Assembly (NCBI GenBank): GCA_965262115.1
Contig: OZ253496.1
Span: 704,001 to 768,000 of the forward strand
Direction of reading: 5' to 3'
DNA length: 64,000 nt
Origin: Nitrospinales bacterium
Lineage (GTDB): Bacteria > Nitrospinota > Nitrospinia > Nitrospinales > VA-1
A model generated the notes under the pieces. That model had not been told where the DNA came from. It was given only the letters and a program-made list of their open reading frames with translations, and ran no database searches. The translations under genes and the position numbers were made by a program. Below are positions 62,293 through 64,000 of this stretch, one piece after another; position 1 is the stretch's first letter; each line of letters opens with the position of its first letter.

Positions 62293-64000
62293 AATATGAC
62301 CGGGCTGGGCTCAGATAATTTGTTTTGCAGAAAATCATACCATGCTTTGGCGCTTTGTAGACTTTTTAGTTTATTCAGAAAAATCGCACTACTACCCTTC
62401 ACTTTTCCACGTTTTACCCCGTCGGTTATGCCAATTATATATTGGTTTGTCTTATCGTTTTGACTGAATCTGTCTAATCTACCCAGCCGTTGCAAGAAGT
62501 TCTCCGCATGGGTCATTTCGGTAACCATTCTATCGCAAGTGATATTGAGTGCAGCTTGTACGACAGGGCTACTTCGCAATACATCATAGTCTCTACTGCC
62601 GTTTTCCTTAAAAGCATTAAATGCTTTTTTAAACCATTCTGCTCTGTCTGTTTTTGTAAATCTTGAGTGAAGTAAAATACCGTTTTCTTTATTCTGATTA
62701 TCAATAAAGCTTTTTTGGGCGGTAATCGCAGTATTACTGATAACAAAAGTATTGGCAGGTTGTTGCTTAAACAGTGGGTTGTTGTCATCTTCCGATTCTT
62801 CATTATAGCCAGCAAACTTGATATGATATTTACTCTGATTAAAGCTTTTTATATTAACAATATCCTGTTCTTTGAGTCGCAAGAAGTCAGTCACAAACAG
62901 CGGATTAGGTGTCGCTGATACTAAAAGTGTATTCGGCGATGTGTTATCTTCATCTTGTTGATACTTTTTGCACTCCACTAATTCCGCAAACAGCAAGTTG
63001 AATGCGGGCATGTTAATATATTCGTGGTATTCGTCAAACACCACATGGGCATTCATAAAATCCACCAGAGTGGTGACATTACGATGAGTGGTGATTGAGT
63101 TTACAATCTGATCAATGGTAGTAATGACGAGATCGCCTGAAAACTCTTTTCCTTCGAGTGTGCTAGTAGAGGCTCCAGATTCCAGAGTTTGCTTGATTTC
63201 ACCAGTGCAGATTTCAACTTTTGCGTTGGACAAGTACTCACTTGACGATAAGTCATTGAACAACCCTTCACATATTTGCACCCTTGGACACACCCAGAAT
63301 ATTCTTTTTGCCTCGGTATTTAACGCCCACTCCAGGGCTATCTTAGTTTTGCCACACCCTGCTGGGCCTCGTAATACGCCAATGGTTACTTCTTCATCTG
63401 CTAACTTATTTGCAACAATGGATTGTTCTTCGTTTCTTTCAACATCCGGGTTATTTTGATTAAAGCCGTCCAAGCATTGCTGTATGTGTAGTTTCAGTCC
63501 CCGATCTTTACGAAAAGCCTTATCAAGCATTTCGTCTAATGAATGATTGTTGATGTGTTCGTCAAGCGTGTCACCAGTGATTTGAGAAACTAGCCTGTCG
63601 GTAGTAATCAATGCCGAACGAGCCAGGTTATTTTTTGCGTTGTGTTTTATATTGTTTTCATACTGACCTACAGATTCCTTAGTTGAATAGCGTTTGTATT
63701 CAGGCAGTTTAACTTCTTCAAGAGCGTCTTCAATATCATCAAATCCCGGTCTCTTCAGGCTACCAATATCTACTGGCACTTCTTCGTCTTCCTGAAAGTA
63801 TTCATTTGCAATACCATTTAAAGATTTCAGTGTAGCTACAGCTGATACGGTCAGTTTTGAGTAGTTTTGTTTCAGATTGTCCAACTTATTGAAAATCCCT
63901 ATCATTTTCTTGATTTCATTCTTTTTATCCCTGAGTGGTTTGGCATGATGCCAATAGATAGCGTGTTTAGCTCTCTCTAGTGAATCTGAATTCACTCCTT
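62268..64000 (-). CDS. cas3: Cas3 HD-nuclease/SF2 helicase; 5' part lies outside the window, 3' end runs into the array
   Basis: YWHH (HD domain), GPAGCGKT, DEYH, SAT and QRLGRLDR motifs; adjacent to the array; frame open to the window edge. Confidence 0.85.
   Translation of the reverse strand, partial: GVNSDSLERAKHAIYWHHAKPLRDKKNEIKKMIGIFNKLDNLKQNYSKLTVSAVATLKSLNGIANEYFQEDEEVPVDIGSLKRPGFDDIEDALEEVKLPEYKRYSTKESVGQYENNIKHNAKNNLARSALITTDRLVSQITGDTLDEHINNHSLDEMLDKAFRKDRGLKLHIQQCLDGFNQNNPDVERNEEQSIVANKLADEEVTIGVLRGPAGCGKTKIALEWALNTEAKRIFWVCPRVQICEGLFNDLSSSEYLSNAKVEICTGEIKQTLESGASTSTLEGKEFSGDLVITTIDQIVNSITTHRNVTTLVDFMNAHVVFDEYHEYINMPAFNLLFAELVECKKYQQDEDNTSPNTLLVSATPNPLFVTDFLRLKEQDIVNIKSFNQSKYHIKFAGYNEESEDDNNPLFKQQPANTFVISNTAITAQKSFIDNQNKENGILLHSRFTKTDRAEWFKKAFNAFKENGSRDYDVLRSSPVVQAALNITCDRMVTEMTHAENFLQRLGRLDRFSQNDKTNQYIIGITDGVKRGKVKGSSAIFLNKLKSLQSAKAWYDFLQNKLSEPSPVILFTAAQAA

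Noticed and set aside
62293..62326. Idea that the 32 bp next to the last repeat is a self-targeting spacer that recombined with its protospacer in cas3
   Set aside because: The I-F CC PAM would appear as GG at 62325-62326 on the plus strand, but the bases are TT. Not supported.

Overview
Bacterial chromosomal window. Gene content (EB_dh heme-b protein, 1650-aa multicopper oxidase, DUF1566 and FGE-sulfatase proteins) suggests a Nitrospina-like nitrite oxidiser; this is inference, not a search result. Bases 1-60432 are mostly housekeeping genes (htrA/degQ-like, cysH, cobB, selO, thiL, dksA, secA, dnaB, rplI-rpsR-ssb-rpsF, mlaA, gltA, clpS, polA, kdsD, alaS, tRNA-Arg), with several families of small palindromic repeats in the intergenic gaps. 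Two accessory hot spots stand out. (1) 31.36-33.7 kb holds a DUF559 nuclease boxed by inverted hairpin repeats, a nonsense-interrupted ORF and a complete IS110 (IS621-like) element. Its non-coding left end contains readable bridge-RNA guides that match both its own insertion site and its own circle junction, and the insertion site belongs to a dispersed repeat with near-matching empty copies in the window. (2) Downstream of tRNA-Arg(CCG) lie a frameshifted phage baseplate gene, a 12-repeat type I-F CRISPR array and an apparently C-terminally truncated Cas3 whose reading frame runs straight into the first repeat with no leader. Also noted: a two-copy MITE, a 13x11-bp VNTR in front of an nfu-like gene, an orphan NHLP-like peptide and a duplicated secreted-protein gene.
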